From contig CBDFJF010000001.1 in assembly GCA_965248265.1 (NCBI GenBank), positions 2,400,001 to 2,464,000 of the forward strand: DNA of 64,000 nt, in the 5' to 3' direction. A model generated the notes under the pieces. That model had not been told where the DNA came from. It saw only the letters and a list, made by a program, of their open reading frames with translations, and did no database searches. The DNA comes from Candidatus Latescibacterota bacterium. Lineage in GTDB: Bacteria > Latescibacterota > UBA2968 > UBA8231. How positions within the stretch are numbered: position 1 is the first letter of the stretch; every line of letters starts with the position of its first letter. The translations under genes were made by a program, and so were the position numbers. Shown in pieces: positions 30,249 to 40,659 of this stretch.

Positions 30249-30293
30249 AAAAAGCCGGCTCGCAGAACGCGATTGCGAGTCCTGCGAGCCGGC
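30249..30293 (-). terminator. Intrinsic terminator after the CHRD gene
   Basis: 12-bp perfect stem GCCGGCTCGCAG/CTGCGAGCCGGC followed by TTTTT on the minus strand. Confidence 0.85.
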
Positions 30294-30316
30294 CCGTGTC
30301 AGTGTAGGCGGTCGAA

Positions 30317-31141
30317 CTATTGCTTGTTCTGTCCCTTCACCTCACCCCAGCTCGCGGCTTCGACCGCGCTCATGGCGGCACTGGTAACCTGACCGCGGAC
30401 CTCACCGGATCCGTAGTCAGGCGTGTGTATGTTGATGTAGATCTCGCCAGAGGTTAGCGCATCCATCATATCACTGGGAACATCCCAGACCCCCGAACTG
30501 ACCCACACGCCGTCGGCGTTGAAATCGCCTTCCAATCCCTGCGCCACGCCGCCGTTCTCACCGGCGGGGGCGTTGTGAAAGTGGGAGGCCGCGATATTGG
30601 GCAGACCCCAGACCTGAATTTCGTAGGTCAAAGCGCTGCCATCCAGGGACAGCGATGCCGTGCCGCCCGGATCGGGAATCGCCGGCCCCACCTGGGCGCG
30701 CTCCAACGAGGCTGAAAAATCCGCACCCTCGCCCAACACCTGACCGCGGATCTCACCGCCGCCGTAGTCGGCCGTGTGCACGTTGATGTAGATTTCGCCG
30801 CTGCGGATCGCATCGGCCATTTCGGCGGGAATTTCAGTCCAGACACCGGCACTGACCCAGCTGTCACCCTCGATCGCACCTTCCAGTCCGAAAGCGACGC
30901 CACCGTTCTCACCCGCCGGAGCGTTGTGAAAGTGCGCCGCTGAAACTTCAGGGATGCCCACCACGCTGATGTCGTAGGTGAGTTCGGTTCCATCGTCATT
31001 GAGGGTGAGAGTCGCGGTGCCGCCAGGTTCGGGAATCGGCGGTACTTCCTGTGAGCGGCCTATGGTGGCTACGAAATCCTGGGCTACGGCCACTCCTGCC
31101 GTCAGGACTATGGCTGAAACGCAAGCGTGCATTACTTTCAT
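30317..31141 (-). CDS. Secreted protein with two CHRD domains and an SWGxVK tail
   Basis: Two copies of '[AS]HFHNAPAGENGGV...YIN[VI]HT.DYG.GE[IV]RGQV'; signal peptide; GAGGAG RBS. Confidence 0.9.
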   Translation of the reverse strand: MKVMHACVSAIVLTAGVAVAQDFVATIGRSQEVPPIPEPGGTATLTLNDDGTELTYDISVVGIPEVSAAHFHNAPAGENGGVAFGLEGAIEGDSWVSAGVWTEIPAEMADAIRSGEIYINVHTADYGGGEIRGQVLGEGADFSASLERAQVGPAIPDPGGTASLSLDGSALTYEIQVWGLPNIAASHFHNAPAGENGGVAQGLEGDFNADGVWVSSGVWDVPSDMMDALTSGEIYINIHTPDYGSGEVRGQVTSAAMSAVEAASWGEVKGQNKQ

Positions 31142-31499
31142 GTTCGTCGTTCTCCTCGGCTATGTGCATGTTTTCCAGGAGCGCCCTTGGGGTGCTTCTG
31201 GTTTGGGCTGAACAAGCCCCGTTTAACCAGAGGACCATGCAAGCGGCGTACCATGATTACGGATCTTTCATATTGTCTATTAAGTTGTTGTTTATAATAC
31301 GTTTAATGTTTGTCATTTTGATTCGGTGCATTTTGACAAGTGCAGCGATAGTGCGGCAGTTGCTCGAGCGTGATTGGTATAACCTTGTGTCTCGGATTGG
31401 GTTGGAGCTGGGTGTGAAAGTCAGGCTAGTGTAGCCGTTTTGCGGCAGTTATCATCCATGTCCGCTCATGCTCCGACCTGCAAAACTGGATTGAGTGAA

Positions 31500-32765
31500 A
31501 TGAATCAGCGCATACCCGGTTTCTCCTTCCTCCTTGCCTTGGGTCTCATGCTCAACTCGGCCCCGGCAAATCTCTTCGCCGGCGACCATGACTGGCCGCA
31601 ATGGCGGGGTCCAGACCGAACTGGGCTCTCGGCACAAAGCGGGCTCCTCAAATCGTGGCCGGAGGGCGGCCCCGAACTCGTCTGGATCCATCAGGACGGG
31701 GGCCTTGGGTATTCGAGCAACGCCGTCGTCGACGATCGCCTCTACACGATGGGCCTTCGGGAAGACGCAGAATTCGTCATCGCCCTGGACCTCGACGATG
31801 GCCATGAAGTCTGGTCAACGGAAATCGGACCGCTCTTTACCAATAGTTGGGGTAACGGTCCACGCTCCACGCCAACGATCCGCGACGGCCGTGTGTACGC
31901 CCTTGGGGCAGCCGGTGACATCGTCTGCCTGCAGGCAACCGACGGCAAACTCGTGTGGAATCGAACCATGGCTGACTTCGGCGGCAGCACTCCGGATTGG
32001 GGGTACGTGGAGTCGCCGCTGGTCGATGGTGAGCGGGTCGTGCTCACTCCGGGTGGAACCAGCGGCGCCGTCGTCGCGCTCGACAGGAGCACGGGAGATT
32101 TGCTCTGGCAATCGATGCAGTTCACCGACGCGGCACAGTACTCATCCATCATCGCCGTCGAAAACCACGGGATCAGTCAGTACCTGCAGCGAACCATGGA
32201 GAGCGTCGTCGGCCTGAGTCTGAATGGCAAGGTTCTCTGGCACGTTGAATACCCGGGCCGGACCGCCATGATACCGACTCCCATCTACCGTGATGGCCGC
32301 GTCTACGTCACGGCCGGCTACGGGGTCGGTTGCATGATGACGCAGATCGACAAGGACCAGAAGGCCAGCCAGGTCTACGCCAACAAGGTGATGAAGAACC
32401 ACCACGGCGGTGTCGTCCTCGTTGGCGATCACATTTACGGGTACTCGGACGGCTACGGTTGGACATGCCAGGCCTTCGACAGTGGTGAGCTGGTGTGGAA
32501 TGAAAAGGAAGCCCTGGGCAAGGGCTCTGTCTGCTACGCCGACGGCCGGCTGTATTGCCTGGCGGAAAACGGTGATGTCGCCCTGCTCGAGGCCACACCG
32601 AAAGGCTACGTCGAGCACGGTCGTTTCCGTCTGAATCCTCAGACGGAGCAGCGTCATCCCAGAGGGGGCATCTGGTCGCATCCGGTCGTTGCCAACGGCA
32701 AGCTGTACCTGCGTGACCAGGAATTGATACTCTGTTACGACATCAAAGATGTCCCTCAGAAATAA
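31500..32765 (+). CDS. PQQ-binding-like (BamB-like) beta-propeller protein
   Basis: Signal peptide, DWPQWRGPDR, GPRSTP, WSHPVVANGKLYLRD. Confidence 0.9.
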   Translation: MNQRIPGFSFLLALGLMLNSAPANLFAGDHDWPQWRGPDRTGLSAQSGLLKSWPEGGPELVWIHQDGGLGYSSNAVVDDRLYTMGLREDAEFVIALDLDDGHEVWSTEIGPLFTNSWGNGPRSTPTIRDGRVYALGAAGDIVCLQATDGKLVWNRTMADFGGSTPDWGYVESPLVDGERVVLTPGGTSGAVVALDRSTGDLLWQSMQFTDAAQYSSIIAVENHGISQYLQRTMESVVGLSLNGKVLWHVEYPGRTAMIPTPIYRDGRVYVTAGYGVGCMMTQIDKDQKASQVYANKVMKNHHGGVVLVGDHIYGYSDGYGWTCQAFDSGELVWNEKEALGKGSVCYADGRLYCLAENGDVALLEATPKGYVEHGRFRLNPQTEQRHPRGGIWSHPVVANGKLYLRDQELILCYDIKDVPQK

Positions 32766-32824
32766 CCCGCCAAAGGCGTGAGTTCCAGATGAATGAACTC
32801 GGCCTGGCGTGGAGACGACGAACG

Positions 32825-33676
32825 ATGTCCCGTTTCACCGGGAGCAAAATCTTCGCGGCACTCACGGCGTGTGCCTTTGCCATGGCCTGTGACAGCGATT
32901 CCCCGACTGGCTCTGATCAGGACTCGCTTATCCGCCCGCTCGAAGAGGTCTCTGCTTCCGGTCCCCCTGTCGTCACCGATGTCACCGGCTCCGGTGCAAT
33001 ACTCGTTTTCGACTCTTCCGTCCCATTGGTCTGCTCCGTCATCTACGGCAAGACGACGGACTACGGCCTCATCGCCACCGACGACGACATGCTCGGCGGC
33101 GCCCACAGCACACACAGTCCCTTCATGCCCGGATTGGAACCCGACACGGAGTACCATTACCGCGTTCAGGGCACAGCCGCTGACGGGACGCTCTACGTGA
33201 GTGAGGACATGACCTTCCGCACGCCGGCCCAAGACCCGGAACCGGAGGCGAATCTGTTGTCGGCTGCAGCGGGCGCTCGCATTGTCGCCGTCAGCAGTAA
33301 CTTCGGTGCTGCGGCCAATGACGAACGATGGGGCGCCGGCAGCGCCATCGACGAGAGCCCGGGGACCGCCTGGTCCTCAGCCGGCGACGGTGATGAGGCG
33401 TTCATTGAGATCGAGTTGGCCGGACCGGCGCGTCTCCATGCCATCGAGGTGTGGACGCGATCGATGAGCAACAACACAGCGCAGATATTCTCGTTCACGA
33501 TTACCACCGATGTGGACGAGACTATAGGCCCCTTTGACCTTGTGGATGCTTCCCAGGCCTACCGGTTTGAGATCGACACCGTGACGAGTTCCCTTCGCTT
33601 CGACGTCGTGTCCAGCAACGGTGGCAACACCGGATTGGTTGAGTTTGCTGCCTTCGGTACCTTGCTGGACGGGTAA
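32825..33676 (+). CDS. Lipoprotein with FN3-like and discoidin (F5/8 type C) domains
   Basis: Lipobox AMA-C; 'GLEPDTEYHYRV'; 'AIDESPGTAWSS...IEIEL'. Confidence 0.75.
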   Translation: MSRFTGSKIFAALTACAFAMACDSDSPTGSDQDSLIRPLEEVSASGPPVVTDVTGSGAILVFDSSVPLVCSVIYGKTTDYGLIATDDDMLGGAHSTHSPFMPGLEPDTEYHYRVQGTAADGTLYVSEDMTFRTPAQDPEPEANLLSAAAGARIVAVSSNFGAAANDERWGAGSAIDESPGTAWSSAGDGDEAFIEIELAGPARLHAIEVWTRSMSNNTAQIFSFTITTDVDETIGPFDLVDASQAYRFEIDTVTSSLRFDVVSSNGGNTGLVEFAAFGTLLDG

Positions 33677-33698
33677 AAGGCGCGTTGTCGAAATTGCG

Positions 33699-35981
33699 CT
33701 ACAACTCGAGCTTTCGCAGGCGAAGGGAGTTGACGATCACCGACAGAGAACTGAATGTCATGGCCGCGCTGGCAATCATCGGACTCAGCAGCAACCCGGC
33801 AACAGGGTAAAGCACTCCGGCGGCAATCGGCACACCCAGACAGTTGTAAACGAAAGCGAAGAACAGATTCTGGCGGATATTGCGCATGGTCGCTTGGCTC
33901 AAACGACGAGCTCGCACGATCCCACGCAGGTCCCCCTTCACCAGCGTGATACCCGCACTTTCCATCGCCACGTCGGTACCAGTCCCCATAGCGACACCGA
34001 CGTGAGCCTGAGCCAGTGCGGGCGCGTCGTTGATTCCGTCGCCCGCCATGGCCACGGTGTGCCCCTCGCTCTGGAGTCGCCTTACCACCTCCCCTTTCTG
34101 CGCGGGCAGGACGTCGGCGTGCACGTCATCGATGTCGAGCGCATCCGCCACGGCTTCGGCACTCACGCGGTTGTCCCCGGTGAGCATGACGATCCTGATA
34201 CCAGCCTGGTGCAGTAGGCGAATCGCCTCAGGCGTCGATTCCTTGACAGGGTCCGACACTCCCAATAGACCCGCAGCCTTCCCGTCTACAGCTACGAACA
34301 TGACAGTCTGGCCTTCGCGTTGCAGCGTTGCTGCCTGCAGTGGAAGGGCTCCCACTTCAACATGCCTGTCTAGCAAGAACGCCTTATTGCCGAGACAGAC
34401 CGCGTGTCCGTCGAGGCGCCCCTCCACGCCCTTACCCGTCACGGACACGAAACTCTCCACCTCCTCCGGCGCGATGGCCCGTTCACGAGCGCCTGCTATG
34501 ACGGCTTCCGCCAACGGATGTTCGCTACCGCGCTCGAGGCTAGCTGCCACCCGGAGCAATTCATCCGTCGACCATGCACCAACTGCTTCAACCGATACCA
34601 GCTTCGGTCTGCCCTCGGTCAAGGTGCCAGTCTTGTCTACTACCAGCGTGTCCACCTTCTCCATGATCTCGAGCGCCTCGGCATTCTTGATGAGGACACC
34701 GGCCAGAGCGCCGCGTCCTGTTCCGACCATGATCGACATCGGCGTGGCGAGCCCCAACGCACAGGGACAGGCGATGATGAGAACGGCCACTGCGTTTACC
34801 AGGGCGTAGGTCATCGACGGCTCCGGTCCAATCCAGCTCCAAACGACGAAGGTGATGATGGAGGCGAAAACGACCGCCGGCACAAAGTAGGCGGCAACGA
34901 CATCCGCAAGTCTCTGGATGGGCGCACGAGTGCGTTGAGCCTCGTTGACCATGCGCACGATTTGCGAGAGCAGCGTATCCGCGCCAACGTGTTCAGCCCG
35001 CATCACGAAACCGCCCGTTCCGTTGATCGTGCCGCCTGTCACGCCACTGCCCGACTCCTTTTCGATAGGGACTGGCTCTCCCGTTACCATCGATTCGTCG
35101 ACGGTGCTGCGACCGGTGACCAGCACACCGTCGACGGGCACTCGTTCACCTGGGCGCACGCGGAGAAGGTTCCCGGGCGACACCAGTTCGAGCAGGACCT
35201 CTTCGTCCTCCTCCCCTTCACCGTGCACCAGAATCGCTGTGCTGGGCGTTAGCCCCAACAGTGCTTTGATAGCGCTGCTGGTTCGGCTCCTCGCTCGCAG
35301 CTCCAGCACCTGACCCATGAGAACGAGTGTCGTTATCACGGCAGCCGCCTCGAAATAGACTGCGACCTCTCCTTGCGGACCGCGAAACGAGGCAGGAAAG
35401 ATCCGCGGCGCCAGGGTCGCGACCAGGCTGTACCCATAGGCCGCGCCAACGCCTCCGGCGATGAGAGTGAACATGTTCGGACTCAAGCGCAGCAGCGAAT
35501 TCCATCCGCGCACGAAGAAGGGCCACCCCGCCCACACAACAACCGGTGTCGCCAGGACAAGCTGAATCCACGTCGCCGTGTGGGCATTCAGCAGTCGACC
35601 GAGCGGCTGCCCCGGGATCATCTCACCCATGGCCAGCACGAAGGCCGGCAGGGACAGTACCAGGCTTGTCCAGAAGCGCCGAGTCATGTCGATGAGTTCG
35701 GGGTTGGCGGCCTCATCCACGACCACGGTACGAGGCTCCAGCGCCATACCGCAGATTGGGCAGTCGCCTGGCTGGGACTGCACTACTTTGGGATGCATCG
35801 GGCAGGTGTATTCGATCTGCGTCGCCGGACCCGCCTCGACGAGTGGTTCCAGGGCCATGCCACAATCGGGACAATCTCCCGGACCCGTCTGCCTCACTTC
35901 CGGGTGCATGGGACAGGTGTGTACTGCACCCTCGTCCTCTCCCTCGTTCTCTCCATTGTTACAACAGTGTTCACCACTCAT
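33699..35981 (-). CDS. copA: Cu(I)-translocating P1B ATPase
   Basis: Two CPMHP...CP.CGM domains, TGE, CPC, DKTGT, SEHP, GDGIND, YN and M-x-x-SS. Confidence 0.95.
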   Translation of the reverse strand: MSGEHCCNNGENEGEDEGAVHTCPMHPEVRQTGPGDCPDCGMALEPLVEAGPATQIEYTCPMHPKVVQSQPGDCPICGMALEPRTVVVDEAANPELIDMTRRFWTSLVLSLPAFVLAMGEMIPGQPLGRLLNAHTATWIQLVLATPVVVWAGWPFFVRGWNSLLRLSPNMFTLIAGGVGAAYGYSLVATLAPRIFPASFRGPQGEVAVYFEAAAVITTLVLMGQVLELRARSRTSSAIKALLGLTPSTAILVHGEGEEDEEVLLELVSPGNLLRVRPGERVPVDGVLVTGRSTVDESMVTGEPVPIEKESGSGVTGGTINGTGGFVMRAEHVGADTLLSQIVRMVNEAQRTRAPIQRLADVVAAYFVPAVVFASIITFVVWSWIGPEPSMTYALVNAVAVLIIACPCALGLATPMSIMVGTGRGALAGVLIKNAEALEIMEKVDTLVVDKTGTLTEGRPKLVSVEAVGAWSTDELLRVAASLERGSEHPLAEAVIAGARERAIAPEEVESFVSVTGKGVEGRLDGHAVCLGNKAFLLDRHVEVGALPLQAATLQREGQTVMFVAVDGKAAGLLGVSDPVKESTPEAIRLLHQAGIRIVMLTGDNRVSAEAVADALDIDDVHADVLPAQKGEVVRRLQSEGHTVAMAGDGINDAPALAQAHVGVAMGTGTDVAMESAGITLVKGDLRGIVRARRLSQATMRNIRQNLFFAFVYNCLGVPIAAGVLYPVAGLLLSPMIASAAMTFSSLSVIVNSLRLRKLEL

Positions 35982-36008
35982 CGGTCTGGAGTCAGCTCCG
36001 GGCAATGG

Positions 36009-39000
36009 TCAGGTCAATTCCTGCGTGCTGCCACTTTCTTCTCGATTCATCTCCCAATCCTTCCACAGAGCGTATATCACCGGTAGCACCAGTAGCGCCA
36101 GCGCGGTGGCCGAGATCATCCCGCCCACCATCGGCGCCGCGATCCGCCTCATGACCTCGGAGCCCGTTCCGTGTCCCCACATGATCGGCAGCAGGCCGCC
36201 GACCGTCGAGCACACCGTCATCATCACCGGTCGCAACCGTAGCTTGGCGCCCTCGATGACCGCCTGGTACAGATCCTCTCGATCCAGCAAGCGTCCCTCC
36301 TGACGCCTTTGGTAGAAAGCCTGGTCCAGGTAGGTCAGCATCACCACGCCGAGCTCGGCACTCACCCCGGCCAGGGCGATGAAACCAACCCCGACGGCAA
36401 TACTCATGTTGTAGTCAAGCAGGTAGATCAACCAGATGCCACCCACCAGCGCGAAGGGCAGCGACATCATGACGATCAGACTCTCGGTGATGTTGCGGAA
36501 GTTGAGGTAGAGGAGCAGGAAAATGATCGCCAGGGTCACCGGCACGACCATCCGCAGCCGTTCCTGCGCCCGCTGCATGTACTCGTACTGACCGCTCCAG
36601 ACCAAACTGTAGCCCGCGGGCACCTCGATCCTTTCCAGCAGCATCTGCTGAGCGCGCTCGACATAGGTGCCGACATCGATGCCACTGATATCGACGTAGA
36701 TCCAGGCGTTGAGACGGGCGTTCTCGCTTTTGATGCCAGGCGGACCTTTGCGAATCCGTATGTCAGCCAGCTGCTCCATCGGGATTTGCGCTCCGGTGGG
36801 GGTCGGCACCAGAACCCGTCTCAGCGCCGGCAGATTGTCTCGCAATTCTCTGCCGTAACGCAGATTCACGGGATAGCGCTCCCGACCCTCCACTGTATGC
36901 GTGATGTTCATGCCGCCCATTGCTGACATGATCACCTGCTGGACATCACCTACCGTCAATCCGTAGCGGGCGGCCTCCTCGCGGCGGATATCGAAGTCGA
37001 GATAGTTACCCCCCACGACCCGCTCCGCATAGACACTCAGCGTCCCTGGAATCTCCCGAACAACTTCCTCAATCTGCTGCCCGAGCCGTTGCAGAGTCTC
37101 CAGATTGTCCCCGGCTACCTTAATCCCAACCGGCGTTTTGATTCCCGTCGACAGCATGTCGATGCGAGTCTTGATCGGCATGGTCCAGGCGTTGGTCAGG
37201 CCCGGAAACTGAATCGCCGCGTTGAGCTCCTCCACCAATTTTTCCGGCGTCATGCCCGGCCGCCACTCCTCTTCCGGCCTGAGTGTTATCGTGGTTTCGA
37301 TCATCGACAGAGGCGCGGGGTCGGTCGCCGTCTCCGCCCGGCCGATCTTGCCGAATACATTATCAACTTCCGGAAAGGTGCGAATGATTTTGTCGGTTTG
37401 CTGCAGCAACTCCCGCGCCTTCGTCACCGATAGCCCTGGCAGCGTCGTCGGCATATAGAGCAGGTCGCCTTCGTACAGAGGCGGCATGAACTCGGAGCCG
37501 ATCCGCTCCAGCGGAAAGATCTCGTCTACCTTGACGAGCGCGCGATAGGACAGGCTGCGCGGATCATCGGCAAAGGACTCGACCACCTGGCTGCGGAAGG
37601 GAAATAACGTCACGAACACGAGTACCCCACCAGCCGCCACAACGATAGCCTTGTGCCGCAATGACCACTCAATCACCGGGCGATACACCCATACCAAAGC
37701 ACGATTGAGCGGGTTCTTACGCTCGGGTAGGACGCGGCCCCGAATCAGGAATCCCATCAGCACCGGCACGATCGTGATCGACAGCAGTGCCGCACCCACC
37801 ATGGCATAGGTCTTGGTGTAAGCGAGGGGCTTGAAGAGGCGTCCTTCCTGGGCTTGCAGCGAGAATACCGGCAAGAACGACAGGGTGACGATCAACAGCG
37901 AATAGAACAGGGCCGGTCCGACTTCAAGGGCGGCTTCACGGATGATTTGCCAATGACCCTTGGTGTCTCTGTCACGCTCGAGATGTTTGTGCGCGTTCTC
38001 GATCATGACAATAGCGGCATCCACCATGACCCCGATGGCGATGGCGATCCCGCCCAGAGACATGATATTGGCATTGATCCCCTGCTGGTGCATGATGATG
38101 AAGGAGATCATGATGCCGACGGGAAGCGTGAATATCGCCACGGCCGCACTGCCCATGTGCAGCAGGAACAGCACGCAGACCAGAGCTACGACGACACTCT
38201 CCTCGATCAGCTTCTCGCTGAGATTGTCTATCGCTCTCAGGATCAAGCCGGAGCGATCGTATGCCGCTGTAACCTGGACACCCTCCGGCAGCCCGGACTT
38301 GAGCGCCTCCAGCTTCTCTTTGACCCGTTCGATGACATCGAGGGCGTTTTCACCGTATCGCATCACCACCACTCCGCCGACGATCTCCCCCTCGCCGTTC
38401 CACTCTGCCAACCCACGCCGCAGCTCCGGTCCCAGCTGCACGGTCGCGATGTCCTGAATCCGGATCGGCGTGCCGTTTGCATCTACGCCAACCGGAATGG
38501 TGCGGATGTCCTCGAGCGATTCGATGTAACCCAACCCCCTCACCATGAACTCGGTCTCGGCCAGTTCGATCAACCGACCTCCGACATCGTTGTTGCTGCG
38601 TTCGATCGCCAGGCGAACCTTGTGCAGTGGAATGTTGAAGGCTGACAGTCGATTCGGATCGACCGTTACTTGGTACTGTTTGACAAAGCCTCCGATGCTG
38701 GCCACTTCGGAAACACCGGGCACGCTCGTCAACTCATACCGCAGATACCAATCCTGAATGGAACGCAACTCCGACAGATCGTGGCGCCCGGTGGTGTCTT
38801 CCAGCACGTACTCGTAGACCCAGCCGACTCCGGTGGCATCCGGTCCCAGTTTGGGCGTCACACCTGTGGGCAGCCTGTCTGTGACAAAATTCAAATACTC
38901 CAGCACCCTGCTGCGTGCCCAATACATATCTGTGCCATCCTCGAAAAGGACGTACACGAACGACAACCCGAAAAAGGAGTAGCCACGGACGACCTTCGCG

Positions 39001-39233
39001 AACGGCACCGCCAGCATGGCCGTGGTCAGCGGATAGGTCACCTGGTCCTCAACTACCTGCGGTGCTTGACCGGGATACTCGGTAAGGAGGATGACCTGCA
39101 CGTCAGACAGATCCGGTATGGCATCAAGCGGCGTGTTCAACATGGCGTAGGTGCCGGCGCCGATGACGAGGACCGTCAGCAGGATGGTCAAGAATTTGTT
39201 GTCGATGCTCGTTTCTATGATCCGGTTCAGCAT
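36009..39233 (-). CDS. cusA: CusA/SilA Cu/Ag RND permease
   Basis: LDAIPDLSDVQV, EFMPPL, GDLLYMP, PAPLSMIET, PIKTRIDMLSTG. Confidence 0.95.
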   Translation of the reverse strand: MLNRIIETSIDNKFLTILLTVLVIGAGTYAMLNTPLDAIPDLSDVQVILLTEYPGQAPQVVEDQVTYPLTTAMLAVPFAKVVRGYSFFGLSFVYVLFEDGTDMYWARSRVLEYLNFVTDRLPTGVTPKLGPDATGVGWVYEYVLEDTTGRHDLSELRSIQDWYLRYELTSVPGVSEVASIGGFVKQYQVTVDPNRLSAFNIPLHKVRLAIERSNNDVGGRLIELAETEFMVRGLGYIESLEDIRTIPVGVDANGTPIRIQDIATVQLGPELRRGLAEWNGEGEIVGGVVVMRYGENALDVIERVKEKLEALKSGLPEGVQVTAAYDRSGLILRAIDNLSEKLIEESVVVALVCVLFLLHMGSAAVAIFTLPVGIMISFIIMHQQGINANIMSLGGIAIAIGVMVDAAIVMIENAHKHLERDRDTKGHWQIIREAALEVGPALFYSLLIVTLSFLPVFSLQAQEGRLFKPLAYTKTYAMVGAALLSITIVPVLMGFLIRGRVLPERKNPLNRALVWVYRPVIEWSLRHKAIVVAAGGVLVFVTLFPFRSQVVESFADDPRSLSYRALVKVDEIFPLERIGSEFMPPLYEGDLLYMPTTLPGLSVTKARELLQQTDKIIRTFPEVDNVFGKIGRAETATDPAPLSMIETTITLRPEEEWRPGMTPEKLVEELNAAIQFPGLTNAWTMPIKTRIDMLSTGIKTPVGIKVAGDNLETLQRLGQQIEEVVREIPGTLSVYAERVVGGNYLDFDIRREEAARYGLTVGDVQQVIMSAMGGMNITHTVEGRERYPVNLRYGRELRDNLPALRRVLVPTPTGAQIPMEQLADIRIRKGPPGIKSENARLNAWIYVDISGIDVGTYVERAQQMLLERIEVPAGYSLVWSGQYEYMQRAQERLRMVVPVTLAIIFLLLYLNFRNITESLIVMMSLPFALVGGIWLIYLLDYNMSIAVGVGFIALAGVSAELGVVMLTYLDQAFYQRRQEGRLLDREDLYQAVIEGAKLRLRPVMMTVCSTVGGLLPIMWGHGTGSEVMRRIAAPMVGGMISATALALLVLPVIYALWKDWEMNREESGSTQELT

Positions 39234-39250
39234 GGCTTGGCCTTCCCGGC

Positions 39251-40654
39251 TTAGTTGTCCGTTTGGGATGCGTGTGGATCGGGTACCATGCCTTCGGCCT
39301 CCTGTGCAACCATGGCGCGCACGGCCGCCTTCAGGTTGCTCTCTGAGTCGATCAAGAACTGGGCCGAGGTTACGATACGCTCGCCGTCACTCAAACCGTC
39401 GAGCACTTCGTACAACCCATCGGCCTCAACACCGATCGTGATATCTCTGGGCTGAAAGCGCCCGTCTCCCAAGCTGACGACGGCGACACGGCGTTCACCG
39501 GAGTGGATGATAGCCTGTGCCGGTACCACGAGTGCATCCTTGGACACCGGGGAATGAATAGTGACGCTGGCGTACATCTCCGGTTTGAGCTCGAAGTCCG
39601 GATTGGGGAGGCTCAGCCTGACCTTTACCGTCCGCGTTTCAGGCTCCAGGAACGGAAAGATGTGGGTCACGGTCCCTGTGAACTGCTTGCCTGGCAGGTA
39701 AGACAGCTCCACCTGCGCTTCCTGCCCCTCCCGCACCCAGGGCAACTCGTACTCGTACACGTGGGCGTACACCCACACAGGCGAGAGTTCGGCTATTCGA
39801 TAGAGATGCTGACCCGGATGAATGTGTTCACCTTCGTACACGGCTTTGTGGACGACGGCGCCTTCCTGCGGTGAGTACACTGTCATCGTCCGCGTCACTA
39901 CCCCCGTGCTCTCCAGCTGTTGAATCTGCTCCATGGTGACATCCCAGTGGTGGAGTCGATGCCGGGACGCCTGCAGCAGGTCGACTCCACCCATCTTGGC
40001 ATCGGTGTCCGGGCTGGCATCTACACGGCGTTTGTAATCCAGAGCCGTCAGGTGTTCTTCCTGGGCGGCCACGAGTTCTGGACTGTAGATCTCGAGCAGG
40101 GGCTGACCCTTCTCAACCAGCTGTCCGGTGTAGTCGACATGCAGTTTCTCCACCCAGCCGGCGATCTTGGTGTTGACATCCGTCATCCGTGTCTCGTCAT
40201 AATCGACTCTGCCGACCGCGCGCACGCTGCGGTTGAGTCGCTGACGCCGAACGGTTTCCGTCTTGACCCCGATGTTCTGGACGGTGACGGGATCGATTTT
40301 GATTGTTGTACTGACGGCTTCTTCCACATAGACGGGGACCAAATCCATGCCCATGGGCGATTTCCCCGGGGCGTCCGCGGTGTAGCTCGGATCCATGGGT
40401 GCCCGCCAGTAGGCAACTTCCCGTTCACCAGTGGCCTCGCTCGAACTGGACTCCGCAATGTCCTTTGCCATGTCCATGCCGCAGACCGGGCAACTGCCCG
40501 GACGATCCGAAACCACGGTCGGGTGCATTGGGCAGCGATAGGTCTCCGCTTGCTCGTGTTCATGCACATCATAAGTGGGCGATCCGAGCAACCAGGTGCC
40601 TGTGCCGATGCCGACGATCAGGGAGATCGAAATAGTCAGTATGTATTTCATCAT
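39251..40654 (-). CDS. cusB: CusB periplasmic adaptor
   Basis: CPMHP..CPVCGM, YWRAPMDP..PGKSPMGMDLVP, AQFLIDSES. Confidence 0.93.
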   Translation of the reverse strand: MMKYILTISISLIVGIGTGTWLLGSPTYDVHEHEQAETYRCPMHPTVVSDRPGSCPVCGMDMAKDIAESSSSEATGEREVAYWRAPMDPSYTADAPGKSPMGMDLVPVYVEEAVSTTIKIDPVTVQNIGVKTETVRRQRLNRSVRAVGRVDYDETRMTDVNTKIAGWVEKLHVDYTGQLVEKGQPLLEIYSPELVAAQEEHLTALDYKRRVDASPDTDAKMGGVDLLQASRHRLHHWDVTMEQIQQLESTGVVTRTMTVYSPQEGAVVHKAVYEGEHIHPGQHLYRIAELSPVWVYAHVYEYELPWVREGQEAQVELSYLPGKQFTGTVTHIFPFLEPETRTVKVRLSLPNPDFELKPEMYASVTIHSPVSKDALVVPAQAIIHSGERRVAVVSLGDGRFQPRDITIGVEADGLYEVLDGLSDGERIVTSAQFLIDSESNLKAAVRAMVAQEAEGMVPDPHASQTDN

Positions 40655-40659
40655 GGGAG

